A stretch of DNA of 64,000 nucleotides from positions 160,001 through 224,000 of the forward strand of contig CAVQUB010000008.1 of assembly GCA_963716725.1 (NCBI GenBank). Direction: 5' to 3'. The stretch comes from an uncultured delta proteobacterium. Lineage in GTDB: Bacteria; Myxococcota_A; Polyangia; Polyangiales; Polyangiaceae. A program made the position numbers and the translations under genes. Positions 9,901 to 19,667 of this stretch are shown one piece after another. The notes beneath the pieces are model-generated. The model was given only the letters and a program-made list of their open reading frames with translations. It was not told the DNA's origin and ran no database searches. Position 1 is the first letter of the stretch. The number at the start of each line of letters is the position of its first letter.

Positions 9901-11346
9901 GGCATCGGGGTCGAACACGGAGCCGTAGGATGGCGGCGCGTCGCCGAGTTGCCCTTCGAGGCGGGTCGCGGCTACCAGTCGGTCACGGGCGAGACGCCCC
10001 ACGAGCGTTTCTTGAGCGTGAAGGGCGCGCCCGAGGTGGTGTTGCCGTCGTGCACCAAGCGACTGCACGACGGGACCCGGGCGCCGCTCGACGAGGTCAC
10101 CCTGGGCCAGCTCGCCGAGCGCGCCTCGGAGCTCGCGCGGCGCGGCCTGCGGGTGCTCGCCGTTGCCGGGCGCAGTGTCGCCGAAGAAGACCGCCTCGAT
10201 CCGACCCGGCTCGTCGGGCTCTGCTTCGTCGGCCTGATCGCCTTCAGCGATCCCGTTCGCCGTTCGGCGCGCGCCGCCCTCGACCAGCTGCGCGTCGCCG
10301 GGGTCGAGACGGTGATGATCACCGGCGACCATCCCAGCACGGCAGAGACCGTCGCCCGCGAGCTCGATCTGCTCTCTGGCAAGCGCACCATGACCGGGAA
10401 GGAGCTGGCGGAGCTGTCGGAGGAGCAGCTCGACGCTCGCATCAGCAGCATCAGCGTCTTTGCGCGGCTCACGCCCTCACAGAAGGTGCGCATCGTTCGC
10501 GCACTGCAGCGCGCCGGCCACTGCGTCGCCATGGTGGGCGACGGCTCCAACGACGCCCCGGCGATCCGCCTTGCGAACGTTGGCATTGCCATGGGCGAGC
10601 GCAGCACCAGCGCCGCCCGCGGTGCGGCTGACGTCGTGATCACCGACGAGCGCATCGAGACCATCGTCGACGCCATCGTCGAGGGCCGCGCGATGTGGGC
10701 CAGCGTGCGCGACGCGGTGTCGATTTTGATCGGCGGAAATCTCGGGGAAATCGGCTTCTCTGTCGCGGCGGGCTTGGTTGACGGGCGCTCTCCGCTCAAC
10801 GCGCGTCAGCTCTTGCTGGTCAACATGCTGACCGACGTCGCGCCGGCCATGGCCATCGCCTTGCGCCCACCGTCGGCGGCGACGCTCGCGTCCCTCGCCA
10901 GCGAAGGACCGGACGCGTCGCTTGGCGATGCGCTGACCCGCGACATCGTCTCGCGCGCCATCGTGACAACGGCGGGCGCTGGCGCGGCCTTCCTGGTGGG
11001 GCGGTTCACCGGCACGAGAGAGCGCGCCACGACCGTCGGGTTGCTCGCGCTGGTCGGCACTCAGCTCGGACAGACCATCACCTCGGGCGGGTACAGCCGA
11101 CCGGTGCTGCTCACCAGTGTGCTGTCGTCCGCGGCGCTGGCGGCGGTGGTGCAGACCCCGGGCCTGAGTCATTTTTTCGGCTGCCGCCCCCTGGGTCCGC
11201 TGGGTTGGGCTACCGCCATCGGCGCGTCGGCCCTGGCCACGGGGGCCGCGGTTCAATATCCGCAAGTGATCGAGAAGGTTGCGCAGCGCTTGAAGTTGGT
11301 CGACGTGCTGCCGCAGCGTGACCGAGATCGCTTGCCGGCCCCCTGA
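6931..11346 (+). CDS. Very large cation-transporting P-type ATPase (CtpH/CtpI-like)
   Basis: SLTGES, VPEGLP, DKTGTLT, KGAPE, TGDH and GDGSNDAPA motifs; ~600-aa N-terminal extension. Confidence 0.9.
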   Translation: MSERPSLASVVAGIKEAFSARKRRAWMGRTRAHVELRELSGDELERFATLLREAAARMAQVKWVEVNPHLRRAVIEIERGAYELEDLIELVEAAERSAAVDKASFSETAADHPADAEPLHQLGLGAALDMVGFGLGTVLRLSPLPKSGVAASVAAAAAVVRAVPRLRQGLDQALGTQRAEITLSSVISLAQGAAQRPVASLVDLVHKAALLREARTRQDTWEAREAELCSAPFEHDLGRARIDPRPVPLPRGPIEEYADRAWVVSLGGFAVSFLTTRSVQHAVAALFGALPKPARMGRDVFAAELGRALAARRVLVNDPDVLRRLDRIDCLVIQGDLVARDRYEVTDVVTVEGVSRRETRSRALELFEPEHPVSVIRRGNLVLGPFTRLGASLPPALEERATEWSRRGELCLALARDGRVEGLVALSMIPQTGIEELITAAHEAQMRVVIASNDESVLEGLNVDDAIPFGDGLPSGIRRLQREGRSVMLVATGRASGVGAADCAIGLVRAGEPPPWGAHLVSSDDLSDVRFVLHACEAAKKVAKQSVNVALGAAAVGTLVSAGGVVSMTTSRVFTVVNTASLIAMGNGIRNSAALERRALPPPRDRTPWHALDAHGVMAKLGTSETGLSKSEAQARKRPAVGDKPALLELSEAVTDELFNPLAPLLAAGAGLSAVVGSVADAGMVGGVVVLNAVVGGVQRFRTERAIRRLATDTTRRARVRRSGEVVTIDGSDLVRGDVVLLEPGDVVPADCRMVGTESVEVDASSLTGESLPVKKNPASAYDPEIADRASMLYEGTSIAAGRATAVVVATGDETEARRGSNTSRRDIATSGVEVRLRSLINLTGPVALGAGAALITVGALRGRGLKEVVSSGVSLAVASVPEGLPLLATAAQLAAAERLSKRGALVRNARNIEALGRVDVLCVDKTGTLTEGRIDLRRVSDGVSDAATEELTSRELVVLAAALRASPELDNAASFDPLDGALHRAAGQQGIGVEHGAVGWRRVAELPFEAGRGYQSVTGETPHERFLSVKGAPEVVLPSCTKRLHDGTRAPLDEVTLGQLAERASELARRGLRVLAVAGRSVAEEDRLDPTRLVGLCFVGLIAFSDPVRRSARAALDQLRVAGVETVMITGDHPSTAETVARELDLLSGKRTMTGKELAELSEEQLDARISSISVFARLTPSQKVRIVRALQRAGHCVAMVGDGSNDAPAIRLANVGIAMGERSTSAARGAADVVITDERIETIVDAIVEGRAMWASVRDAVSILIGGNLGEIGFSVAAGLVDGRSPLNARQLLLVNMLTDVAPAMAIALRPPSAATLASLASEGPDASLGDALTRDIVSRAIVTTAGAGAAFLVGRFTGTRERATTVGLLALVGTQLGQTITSGGYSRPVLLTSVLSSAALAAVVQTPGLSHFFGCRPLGPLGWATAIGASALATGAAVQYPQVIEKVAQRLKLVDVLPQRDRDRLPAP

Positions 11347-11408
11347 GCCCGCTTCGATAACTCGCGCAGAACTTGGCCGAAGACTCCCGCGCTTGGCATT
11401 TCCAGCGC

Positions 11409-12131
11409 ATGCGAAGCAATTTTTCGATCCTGTTCATGCTCCCGCTCGTGGCCGCCGCCTGCGGAAACGCGGGCGTCCCCCACCCGAGCACGCTCGACAT
11501 CGCCGAGGCCAAGCCGGCCAAGAAGACCATTCGTGCGGATGACGACATGCCCTTCATCGAAGAGCTCCCGAGCGCTGACGAGACGGTCGCCTCGGCGCCG
11601 TCGCAGTTCGCGGGCAAGCTGGTGGGCGATCGCACGGTGCATCGATTCAGCGGATCGTTCAGCAAGACCAGCCTCATCTTGAGCCAGGAGGTCACGGCGC
11701 GAGGCGGCAGCCTGGTAGTCGTCGACTACACGCTCGAAGAGGGCGCGAGCGCGACCAGGCTGCGCGTGACCCACGACATTGGCACTGAACGAGTGTTGCG
11801 AGTCCGGGAGATCCGCGGCAAGCGCGAGCTGCCGTCGAGCGTGGGCGCCTTCGACAAGCTCATGGCGCGCACGAGCTTTGCGCCCGACGACAACGAGGCT
11901 GAAATTGCCAAGCAAAAGAGCACCTGCCTGGTGGGCGACCAGCAGCTCGACTGCGAGAAGACCGACTACCGAGTGAAGATCGGCGATCAAACCGCGACCT
12001 TCAGCATCGCGCGCAGCAGCGACGGTCGCGACGTATCGGGCGAGATCAGCGATGCGAGCGGCAAGATCATCTACAAGAGCGAATTGATAGAGTCGCGGAG
12101 CGGCTTGCCGGCCAACGTGGCCAGCAGGTGA
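11409..12131 (+). CDS. Hypothetical lipoprotein
   Basis: Signal peptide with lipobox VAAAC; coding-like codon bias. Confidence 0.7.
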   Translation: MRSNFSILFMLPLVAAACGNAGVPHPSTLDIAEAKPAKKTIRADDDMPFIEELPSADETVASAPSQFAGKLVGDRTVHRFSGSFSKTSLILSQEVTARGGSLVVVDYTLEEGASATRLRVTHDIGTERVLRVREIRGKRELPSSVGAFDKLMARTSFAPDDNEAEIAKQKSTCLVGDQQLDCEKTDYRVKIGDQTATFSIARSSDGRDVSGEISDASGKIIYKSELIESRSGLPANVASR

Positions 12132-12159
12132 CAAACAGGTGACAGCGCCGCCCGGATAG

Positions 12160-12188
12160 TTGAGGGAGATTCACGCGCCCCGTAGTAT
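12160..12188 (+). promoter_or_regulatory. Putative sigma70 promoter TTGAGG-N17-TAGTAT
   Basis: -35 at 12160-12165 and -10 at 12183-12188 with 17-bp spacer, upstream of the response regulator/kinase pair. Confidence 0.55.
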
Positions 12189-12306
12189 TCCGGGCTCTGT
12201 CAGGGGGTGGTTCGCCGATGCCCGGGTTCGCGAAGCTGTCACTCGAAGCGTTGATCGAGAGCACCGCGCTCGCGGCGGCCGTGCGCCAAGTCCAGGGGGG
12301 ACAACG

Positions 12307-12675
12307 GTGACGGGCGGGCGGCCCGAGCGACCGCCGAGCGTGCTGGTCGTCGACGACAGCGAGCCGCTGCGTCGGCTCATGGTTCGGGCCCTCACCGCCG
12401 CGGGCTTCACCGTGATCGAGGCCGGTGACGGCGAGTCGGCGCTCCGTCTCGCGGGCGATGACACGCTGGTTGCGGTCGTCACGGATGTCGGGCTGCCGGG
12501 AATGAGTGGGCTCGAGCTCGCGGCGAAGTTGACGGAGATCAATCCCGAGTTGCGCGTGCTCTGCACTTCGGGTCTGGACACGCCGGACGCGCCGGGAGAG
12601 TTCCTCGTCAAACCCTTCGCTCCCTCGGTGCTCGTGCAGCGCGTTCGTGCGATGCTCGGCCGCGATGGCACGTGA
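12307..12675 (+). CDS. Single-domain response regulator (CheY-like)
   Basis: VLVVDD, TDVGLPGMSG and KPF receiver motifs. Confidence 0.9.
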   Translation: MTGGRPERPPSVLVVDDSEPLRRLMVRALTAAGFTVIEAGDGESALRLAGDDTLVAVVTDVGLPGMSGLELAAKLTEINPELRVLCTSGLDTPDAPGEFLVKPFAPSVLVQRVRAMLGRDGT

Positions 12676-14446
12676 GTACCGGCCGCTGATCGTTGCCCTG
12701 GTGCTGACGGCGCTGGTCTTCGTCGTCGATCTGCTGGTTCCCAACGGCTACGCGCTGAGCGCGGTGTATCCGGCCACGCTGTTCGTCCTCTTGCCGTCGC
12801 GGGTGGCGTGGCACGTTTGGGCTCATGCGGCGCTCTGCAGCGCGCTGGCCGTGGCCGGGATGTTCCTGGGTCCGGCTGGCGCGTCCCAGCAAGTGGTCGC
12901 CGTCAATCGAATCATCTCTCTGGCCGCAATTTGGCTCTTCGCGCTGCTCCTCTCGCAACACCTGCGCTCCGGCCTCGCACGCGAGCACGCCCAACGTTTG
13001 TTCGAGCGCACCCTCGACGCGGCGCCGGATTGCATGCTCGTGCTCGATGCCGAGGAACGGATCGTCTACTCGAACAGCGCCGCCGCGTCCTTGTTCGGGA
13101 TCCCGACCGGCGAGCTGGGGGGGCGCCGCTGGGAGAGTCTGGTCAGCGCGCCGCTCCAAGGCCAGCCCACGTTTCGGCGAGCGCGGAGGAGTGGCGGGAG
13201 CGAGCGCGTTGTCGAGTGTCACGTGAGCAGCGCCAACCATGGCGAGACCCCCCTCCGCATTCTCGTCGTGCGCGACGTCACCGAGCGGCAGCTGTACGAG
13301 GAGCGCCTACGCTCGAACCAGCGCATGGAAGCCATCGGCAAGCTGGCGGGCGGCATCGCTCACGACTTCAACAACGTCCTCGCGGCCATCATCGGGCACG
13401 CGGAGTTCGCGAAGGACGCGATCCCGGCCGATTCGCCCGCGGCCGAGGATCTCGCCGAGGTCCGCGTGTCGGCCGATCGCGCCGCGGCGCTGACCGCCCA
13501 GCTTCTGGCCTTCTCGCGCCGCCAAGTCATCGAGCCCATCCGGGTGGATCTCAACGAGGTGGTCCGTCAGATCGACCGCATGCTCGGGCGCCTGCTGGGG
13601 GCAGACATCGAAATTCAGCCGATGTTGACCGCCGCGCCCTGGGCCGTGGAGGTCGATCCGAGTCAGATCGAGCAGGTGCTGCTGAACCTGGCGGTCAACG
13701 CCCGCGACGCCATGCCCAAGGGCGGCAAGCTCACGCTCGAGACCCAGAACGTCACCCTCGGCGAAGACTACGCGCGGGAGCACCCCGAGGTCGAAGCTGG
13801 GGACTACGTGTTGCTCGCGGTCAGCGACACCGGCATGGGCATGACCGAGGACGTTCGCGTCCGGGTCTTCGAGCCCTTCTTCACGACCAAGCCCGTCGGC
13901 CAGGGCACCGGGCTCGGGCTCGCGACGGTGTACGGCATCGTCAAACAGGCGCGTGGCCACATCTGGATCTACAGCGAGCCCGGGCGCGGCACGACGTTCA
14001 AGATCTATCTGCCGCGCACGGAAGGCGCGGCGCAGGCTTTGCCGGTCAGGCGCCCTTCGCAGCGGCCCGCGGGCGGCAACGAGCGGATCTTGGTCGTCGA
14101 AGACGAGGCGGCGGTGCGGCGGATCATGGTGCGCGCGCTGAACGCCGCCGGCTACACGGTGATCGAAGCCAGCAACGGCGCGGACGCGCTGATCAAGCTC
14201 GAATCAGCCGACGGAAAACTCGACTTGCTGGTGACGGACGTGGTCATGCCGCAGATGGGCGGCCGCGAGCTGGCGACGAAGCTCACCAGCACACGCTCCG
14301 GGCTGCGCGTGCTGTTCCTGAGTGGCTACACCGAGAACGCCATCGTTCACCACGGCGTGCTCGACGCCGGGCTCGTGTTCTTGCAAAAGCCGTTCACGCC
14401 CGAAGAACTCGTGCGCCGCGTGCGCGACGTGCTCGACGCCAGCTGA
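12665..14446 (+). CDS. Membrane PAS hybrid sensor histidine kinase (CckA-like)
   Basis: TM helices, PAS, AHDFNN H-box, NARDAM, DTGMGM, FFTTK, GTGLGL and a C-terminal receiver. Confidence 0.92.
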   Translation: MAREYRPLIVALVLTALVFVVDLLVPNGYALSAVYPATLFVLLPSRVAWHVWAHAALCSALAVAGMFLGPAGASQQVVAVNRIISLAAIWLFALLLSQHLRSGLAREHAQRLFERTLDAAPDCMLVLDAEERIVYSNSAAASLFGIPTGELGGRRWESLVSAPLQGQPTFRRARRSGGSERVVECHVSSANHGETPLRILVVRDVTERQLYEERLRSNQRMEAIGKLAGGIAHDFNNVLAAIIGHAEFAKDAIPADSPAAEDLAEVRVSADRAAALTAQLLAFSRRQVIEPIRVDLNEVVRQIDRMLGRLLGADIEIQPMLTAAPWAVEVDPSQIEQVLLNLAVNARDAMPKGGKLTLETQNVTLGEDYAREHPEVEAGDYVLLAVSDTGMGMTEDVRVRVFEPFFTTKPVGQGTGLGLATVYGIVKQARGHIWIYSEPGRGTTFKIYLPRTEGAAQALPVRRPSQRPAGGNERILVVEDEAAVRRIMVRALNAAGYTVIEASNGADALIKLESADGKLDLLVTDVVMPQMGGRELATKLTSTRSGLRVLFLSGYTENAIVHHGVLDAGLVFLQKPFTPEELVRRVRDVLDAS

Positions 14447-14498
14447 CCCCGCGCCCGGGCCCTTGACCTCGGTCGGCGGCGCGCCCAAGTTCTACCCA

Positions 14499-14515
14499 CC
14501 CCACCCGGGGTGGGG
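14499..14515 (+). promoter_or_regulatory. Putative CsoR operator, inverted repeat CCCCACC-N3-GGTGGGG
   Basis: C/G-tract palindrome between a TTGACC -35-like hexamer (14463) and the copZ RBS. Confidence 0.55.
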
Positions 14516-14527
14516 CCAAAGGAGCCG

Positions 14528-14731
14528 ATGATCAAGCTGAAAGTTACGGGCATGACCTGTGGGCACTGCGAGGCAGCCGTGAAGAAGGCGCTCGGCCAGG
14601 TGCCGGGAGTCGAGCGCGTCGTGAGCGTGGATCGCACGCGACAAGAGGCGGTGGTCGACGGGCAGCCGGAGGTCGGGGCGCTCGTGCTCGCCATCCAAGA
14701 AGAGGGCTACCAGGCCGAGGTCTCGGCGTGA
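14528..14731 (+). CDS. copZ: Copper chaperone (HMA domain)
   Basis: GMTCGHC motif, 67 aa, GGAG RBS. Confidence 0.92.
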   Translation: MIKLKVTGMTCGHCEAAVKKALGQVPGVERVVSVDRTRQEAVVDGQPEVGALVLAIQEEGYQAEVSA

Positions 14732-15018
14732 AGAGCTGCGCGCACGGGCTGCGCCTCGACGACGCGACGCGCGCTCAGGCACGCAAGCGGCTCTTGTCCG
14801 TTCGCGGCCACGTCGAGGGCGTGATGCGCATGCTGGACGACGAGTCGGTCTACTGCGTCGACGCGCTCAAGCAGATCAAGGCCATCAACGGCGCGCTGGA
14901 GAAGGTTGGCTCGCTGATCTTGCAGAGCCACCTGCGCGACCATGTGGTGACTGCGGCCGAGCGCGGTGACGTCGACGTGATCGTGGGCGAGTTGATGGAG
15001 GTGATGAAGTACCGATGA
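14728..15018 (+). CDS. csoR: Metal-sensing transcriptional repressor CsoR
   Basis: [14 protein letters not shown]...YCVD..KQ...SHLRDHV signature. Confidence 0.92.
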   Translation: MKSCAHGLRLDDATRAQARKRLLSVRGHVEGVMRMLDDESVYCVDALKQIKAINGALEKVGSLILQSHLRDHVVTAAERGDVDVIVGELMEVMKYR

Positions 15019-17240
15019 CTCGCACGCTCGAGGTCGGCGTCCAGGGCATGACCTGCGCGTCTTGCGTGGGGCGGGTGGAGCGTGCGCTGAAGAAGCAGCC
15101 CGGAGTGACGGCGGCCAGCGTGAACCTCGCCACGGAGCGGGCGAGCATCGAGTACGCGCCCGAGTCGACGAGCCCGGACCGACTCGAGGCGGCCATCGTC
15201 GACGCTGGATATACGCCGGTGGACTTGGGGCCCGGGCCGGACGCGCTCGCCGAAGCAAAGGAGCGGGAGCAGGCCGAGCTGAGGCGAGAGGTCGTGATCG
15301 GAGCGGCGCTGTCGGTGCCACTGATGGTCGTGGCCATGGTGCCCATGCTGGTCAGCGCGATTCACGAGGCGCTCCCGCATCAGGTCTGGGGTTTGATCCA
15401 GCTTGGATTGGCCGCGCCGGTTCAGTTCTGGGTGGGCCGGCGCTTCTACCGCCAGGCCTGGTCCGAGCTCGTTCACAAGAGCCCGGGCATGAACACGCTG
15501 GTCATGCTGGGCTCGTCGTCGGCCTTCGGCTACTCGCTGCTCGCCCTGGTGGCGCCGTCCATATTTCCGGCGGGCACTGCCCATCTGTACTTCGAGGCGG
15601 CGGCCGTGATCATCACCCTGGTGCTCTTCGGCAAGCTGCTCGAAGCGCGGGCCAAGGGCCGGACCTCTGCCGCCATCACCAAGCTGATGCAGTTGCAGGT
15701 CAAGACCGCTCGAGTGCTACGTGGCGATGACATCGTCGAGGTGCCCATCGAGCGAGTGACTCCGGATGACCATGTGCAGGTGCGACCTGGTGAGCGCGTG
15801 CCGACGGACGGTGTCGTGATCGAGGGCCAGAGCTGGGTCGACGAGAGCATGCTGACCGGTGAGCCAGTGCCGGCCGACAAGAGGGTGGGCGCCGAGGTCG
15901 TCGGAGGCACGGTCAATCAGAACGGCACCTTCGTGTTCCGCGCGAGCCGAGTCGGCAGCCACACGGTGCTCGCGCAGATCATTCGGATGGTCGAGGAGGC
16001 CCAGGCGTCGAAGCCGCCCATCCAAGCCACTGCGGATCGCATCGCCGCTGTCTTCGTGCCGGTGGTGCTCGGCGCGGCGTTGACCACCTTCGCGCTCTGG
16101 ATGCTGGTCGGTCCCCAGCCGCGGCTCTCCCACGCTTTTGTTGCGGCCGTGAGCGTGCTGGTGATCGCGTGCCCCTGCGCCATGGGTCTGGCCACTCCCA
16201 CGGCGATCATGGTGGGCACCGGGCGGGGCGCGGAGCTCGGCATCTTGTTTCGGCAAGGCGCCGCCCTCGAGACCTTGGCTCACGCCGACACCGTGCTGCT
16301 CGACAAGACCGGCACCGTCACCAAAGGGCGCCCCGAGTTGACGGATCTGGAGGTCTTCGGCATGTCGGAGGAGGAGGTGCTGGCGCTGATCGCGGCGGTC
16401 GAGGACTCGAGCGAGCATCCGATCGCGCGGGCCGTGGTCGAGGCGGCGCGAGCTCGCGGCGTGGCCTTCGTGCGCGCCACCGGGGTGACGGCGGAAGCCG
16501 GGTTTGGCGTACAGGCGCGGGTCGACGGGCGACTGGTGCAGATTGGAGCGGATCGCTACATGGCGCGCCTGGGCGTCGACCTCGCGGCCGGGCGTGAGCG
16601 AGCCGAAGAGTTCGCTCGCGATGCCAAGACGCCGATCTTTGCAGCGGTCGACGGCGCTCTCGCCGCGCTGTGTGCGGTCGCAGATCCGCCAAAGGACGAG
16701 AGCGCGCAGGCCATCCGCGAGCTTCGCGGACTGTCGCTCGAGGTCGCGATGCTGACCGGCGATCATCGGAGCACCGCCGAGGCGGTGGCGCGGCGCGTGG
16801 GGATCGAACGCGTGGTGGCTGAAGTATTGCCCGCCGACAAAGCGGCGGAGGTGGCGCGGTTGCAAGGCGAGGGCCGCCGCGTGGTGTTCGTGGGCGACGG
16901 CATCAATGACGCACCGGCTTTGGCGCGCGCGGACGTGGGCATCGCCATCGGGACCGGCACCGACATCGCCATCGAGGCCGGGGACGTGATCCTGATGAGC
17001 GGCGAGCTGGCCGGGGTGGCGCGGGCGATCCGGCTTTCGAAGCGAACGCTGGGCACCATCCGACGCAACTTCTTCTGGGCCTACGCCTACAACGTCGCGC
17101 TGATCCCCGTTGCGGCCGGCGCGCTCTACCCGGTGTTTGGGCTGCTCCTGAACCCAATGTTCGCGGCGCTGGCCATGAGCCTCTCGAGCGTGTTCGTGGT
17201 CACGAACAGCCTACGTCTCAGGAAGTTCGCGGACTCGTGA
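15015..17240 (+). CDS. copA: Copper-translocating P1B-type ATPase
   Basis: [33 protein letters not shown] and MSLSS motifs. Confidence 0.95.
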   Translation: MTRTLEVGVQGMTCASCVGRVERALKKQPGVTAASVNLATERASIEYAPESTSPDRLEAAIVDAGYTPVDLGPGPDALAEAKEREQAELRREVVIGAALSVPLMVVAMVPMLVSAIHEALPHQVWGLIQLGLAAPVQFWVGRRFYRQAWSELVHKSPGMNTLVMLGSSSAFGYSLLALVAPSIFPAGTAHLYFEAAAVIITLVLFGKLLEARAKGRTSAAITKLMQLQVKTARVLRGDDIVEVPIERVTPDDHVQVRPGERVPTDGVVIEGQSWVDESMLTGEPVPADKRVGAEVVGGTVNQNGTFVFRASRVGSHTVLAQIIRMVEEAQASKPPIQATADRIAAVFVPVVLGAALTTFALWMLVGPQPRLSHAFVAAVSVLVIACPCAMGLATPTAIMVGTGRGAELGILFRQGAALETLAHADTVLLDKTGTVTKGRPELTDLEVFGMSEEEVLALIAAVEDSSEHPIARAVVEAARARGVAFVRATGVTAEAGFGVQARVDGRLVQIGADRYMARLGVDLAAGRERAEEFARDAKTPIFAAVDGALAALCAVADPPKDESAQAIRELRGLSLEVAMLTGDHRSTAEAVARRVGIERVVAEVLPADKAAEVARLQGEGRRVVFVGDGINDAPALARADVGIAIGTGTDIAIEAGDVILMSGELAGVARAIRLSKRTLGTIRRNFFWAYAYNVALIPVAAGALYPVFGLLLNPMFAALAMSLSSVFVVTNSLRLRKFADS

Positions 17241-17253
17241 TATCCTCGGCGAA

Positions 17254-18066
17254 ATGAAGCGCTTCTTGATCGGGCTGTCGCTGGCCCTCTCGACGACGTC
17301 GGCGTTCGCACAAGGGCAAGACCCGGGCAGCAGCGGCACGCTGCCACCGGTGGATCCACCGCCCGCCGCCAGCGGCGATCCGCCGCCCGGCGATCCGCCG
17401 CCCGCCGCGCCGCCGCCCGCCGCGCCGCCGCCCGCGCCTGCGCCGCCGCCCGGGGCCGCGCCGCCGCCCGGTTCGTATCCACCGGGCGCGTATCCGCCCG
17501 GTTCGTATCCGCCCGGCGCGTATCCGCCCGGGGCCGCTCCCGCCGGCCCGTACCCGCCCGGCGCCTATCGACCACCACCACCACCGCCCGAGCGAGTGCG
17601 CAATGTCTCGCTCACGCTCTCTCCGCTGCACCTGCTCTTACCCATCGTCGAGCTGACGGCCGAGGTGCGACTCGTCAATCACTTCTCGGCCGCGGTCCTC
17701 GGTGGCTACGGGTCGGTCTCGACCGACACCGAGAAGTTCGCCGCCTACGAGCTCGGCGCGCAGTTGCTCGCCCACCCGATGCAGCCATTTCACGGCCTCC
17801 AGCTCGGCGTCGAGCTGCTCTACCTGAAGATCGACGCAGACGATCTTCAAGACGGCAAGGTCCGCGGCAGCGGCACCGGTCTCGCGGTGGGACCGCTGGT
17901 GGGTTACAAACTGCTGACCAGCGGCGGTTTCACCTTCGTGGCTCAGGGCGGCGTGCAGTACCTGGCCGTCAAGGCGGAGGCGAGTGACAACGCGGGCAAC
18001 TCGGCCGAGGCCGACGACAACGATTTCATCCCGCTGCTCAACTTGAACCTCGGATACTCGTTCTGA
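17254..18066 (+). CDS. Secreted protein with Pro-rich linker and C-terminal beta-barrel-like domain
   Basis: Signal peptide, (YPPG[A/S])n repeats, amphipathic strands, terminal GYSF. Confidence 0.75.
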   Translation: MKRFLIGLSLALSTTSAFAQGQDPGSSGTLPPVDPPPAASGDPPPGDPPPAAPPPAAPPPAPAPPPGAAPPPGSYPPGAYPPGSYPPGAYPPGAAPAGPYPPGAYRPPPPPPERVRNVSLTLSPLHLLLPIVELTAEVRLVNHFSAAVLGGYGSVSTDTEKFAAYELGAQLLAHPMQPFHGLQLGVELLYLKIDADDLQDGKVRGSGTGLAVGPLVGYKLLTSGGFTFVAQGGVQYLAVKAEASDNAGNSAEADDNDFIPLLNLNLGYSF

Positions 18067-18131
18067 GCATCAGCCGCCGAGCGGGCCGAGCGGCAGCGAG
18101 CATCTGTCGCGGGGCCTCCTCCGCGGCGACG

Positions 18132-19667
18132 TCACTTGCCGTCCCAGGGATCGGCGTCGTCGGTCTGAAGTCCGGTCCCCTTTGCGCCACCAGCGCTCGG
18201 TGCCGCCTTGGGTGCGAGGCTGCCCTTGAGGGTGCCCTTCGCCGGCTTTGTGGGGTCCCCCTTTGCGCTGGTCGGGCCGAGATCGATGACTGCGGGCGGC
18301 GGCGAGGTGACATCGAACTCGAAGGTGCGTGTCTCGTGTCCGGGAGCGGAGACGCGCAGAGTGTGGCGTTTGGCGTCGGCTCTGAAGGTGCTCGACAAGG
18401 CGCCGCTGCCGACGGCGCGTCCGTCGAGCTCAATCAGCGCCCCGGTTGGAGTCACTTTCAAGTCCACCGTGTAAGTGCTGCTGCTGGCGCCGACGCCCAC
18501 CACCACCTCGCCTTCGTCGTGGGACGCGCTGCTGTTCTTCGTATGCGAGACGAGCTGGGATGCGCCGAACGAAAGGCCGAGCCCCAACAGCAAGGCGGCG
18601 GCGCTCGATAGCGACCACCAGGCCAGACCGAGCGGTCGCGCCGGGGGTACGCCCCCGGTCGAGAGGGCGCTGGCGCTCCGGCCGAGGGTCCCGCCGGTCT
18701 CCTCGAAGGGTGCCCGCGGCAGGTCCGGCACCGTCACTTCTTGAGTGCTCGGGGCGGACATCGCGCCGAAGCGAGCCTCCCAAATGGTGCGCGCACGGGG
18801 GCTGGCGAAGGGCAAGAGCGCGCGACCCAACGCGCCGACGCTCGGGAAGCGCTCGCCCTTCTGGCTGGCCATGGCACGCAGCACGATTCGTTCGAAGTCC
18901 GCGGGCAGGCCTGGCCGGTGCACGTGAGGAGGCTCGAAGTCCCCCTGGGCGATGGCGTACATCAGTCCCATGAAGCTGCCGGCCTTGCGAGCGAAGGGAC
19001 GGGCGCCCGTCGAGCCTTCGTACAAGATGACCCCGAGCGAGTACTGATCGGCCCGTGTGTCGAGGTTGCGATCGCCGCGGGCGACTTCCGGCGACACGTA
19101 GTGTGGTGATCCCAAGAACGTCGACTCCGTGGTCAAATCCGAAGGGGCGGGGTCCTGCACGATCTTGGAGATGCCGAAGTCGAGCACCTTCGGGGTCACG
19201 TCGTCGCTCCAGCCCTTCGCCAAGAAGATGTTGGCGGGCTTGAGATCCCGGTGAATGATTCCTTGCACGTGGGCCGCGTCCACCGCCGCGAGCACCGGCA
19301 GCATCAGGTCCACCAGGCGCGACAGATCGAGGGCCCCTTCTCGGCGGAAGTAGGCCTGCAGCGACTCGCCGTCGAGGTACTCCATCACCAAGCAAGGCAG
19401 TCCGTCGATCATGCCGACGTCCGTCACGTCCACGATATGAGGGTGCCGGATGCGTGCGGCGAGCTGACCTTCGCGCAGGAAGCGGGTCACGACCGCGTCG
19501 TTCTCGGCGTGGGCGCGTCGCAAAGTCTTGATCGCGACACGCTTGCCGAGTCCGGTGTGAACGGCCTCGTACACCTCGCCCATTCCCCCGGCGCCGATGC
19601 GCCGCTTGATGGAGTACTGGCCGACGGTGGTCCCGCCCGGCAGATCGGGGGTCTCTGAGGGTTTCAT
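18132..19667 (-). CDS. Membrane Ser/Thr protein kinase with PEGA-like C-terminal domain
   Basis: GAGGMG, VAIK, HRDLKPAN, DFG and SPE motifs; one TM helix. Confidence 0.93.
   Translation of the reverse strand: MKPSETPDLPGGTTVGQYSIKRRIGAGGMGEVYEAVHTGLGKRVAIKTLRRAHAENDAVVTRFLREGQLAARIRHPHIVDVTDVGMIDGLPCLVMEYLDGESLQAYFRREGALDLSRLVDLMLPVLAAVDAAHVQGIIHRDLKPANIFLAKGWSDDVTPKVLDFGISKIVQDPAPSDLTTESTFLGSPHYVSPEVARGDRNLDTRADQYSLGVILYEGSTGARPFARKAGSFMGLMYAIAQGDFEPPHVHRPGLPADFERIVLRAMASQKGERFPSVGALGRALLPFASPRARTIWEARFGAMSAPSTQEVTVPDLPRAPFEETGGTLGRSASALSTGGVPPARPLGLAWWSLSSAAALLLGLGLSFGASQLVSHTKNSSASHDEGEVVVGVGASSSTYTVDLKVTPTGALIELDGRAVGSGALSSTFRADAKRHTLRVSAPGHETRTFEFDVTSPPPAVIDLGPTSAKGDPTKPAKGTLKGSLAPKAAPSAGGAKGTGLQTDDADPWDGK

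Noticed and set aside
7369..10332. Long antisense or alternative-frame ORFs (also 4757..6175, 43293..45476, 34007..36214)
   Set aside because: Expected in high-GC DNA; they overlap well-supported genes and show no family motifs
11394..11408. sigma54-like TGGCA-N-GC upstream of lipoprotein 11409
   Set aside because: Weak -12 element, and the predicted +1 would fall inside the likely coding region
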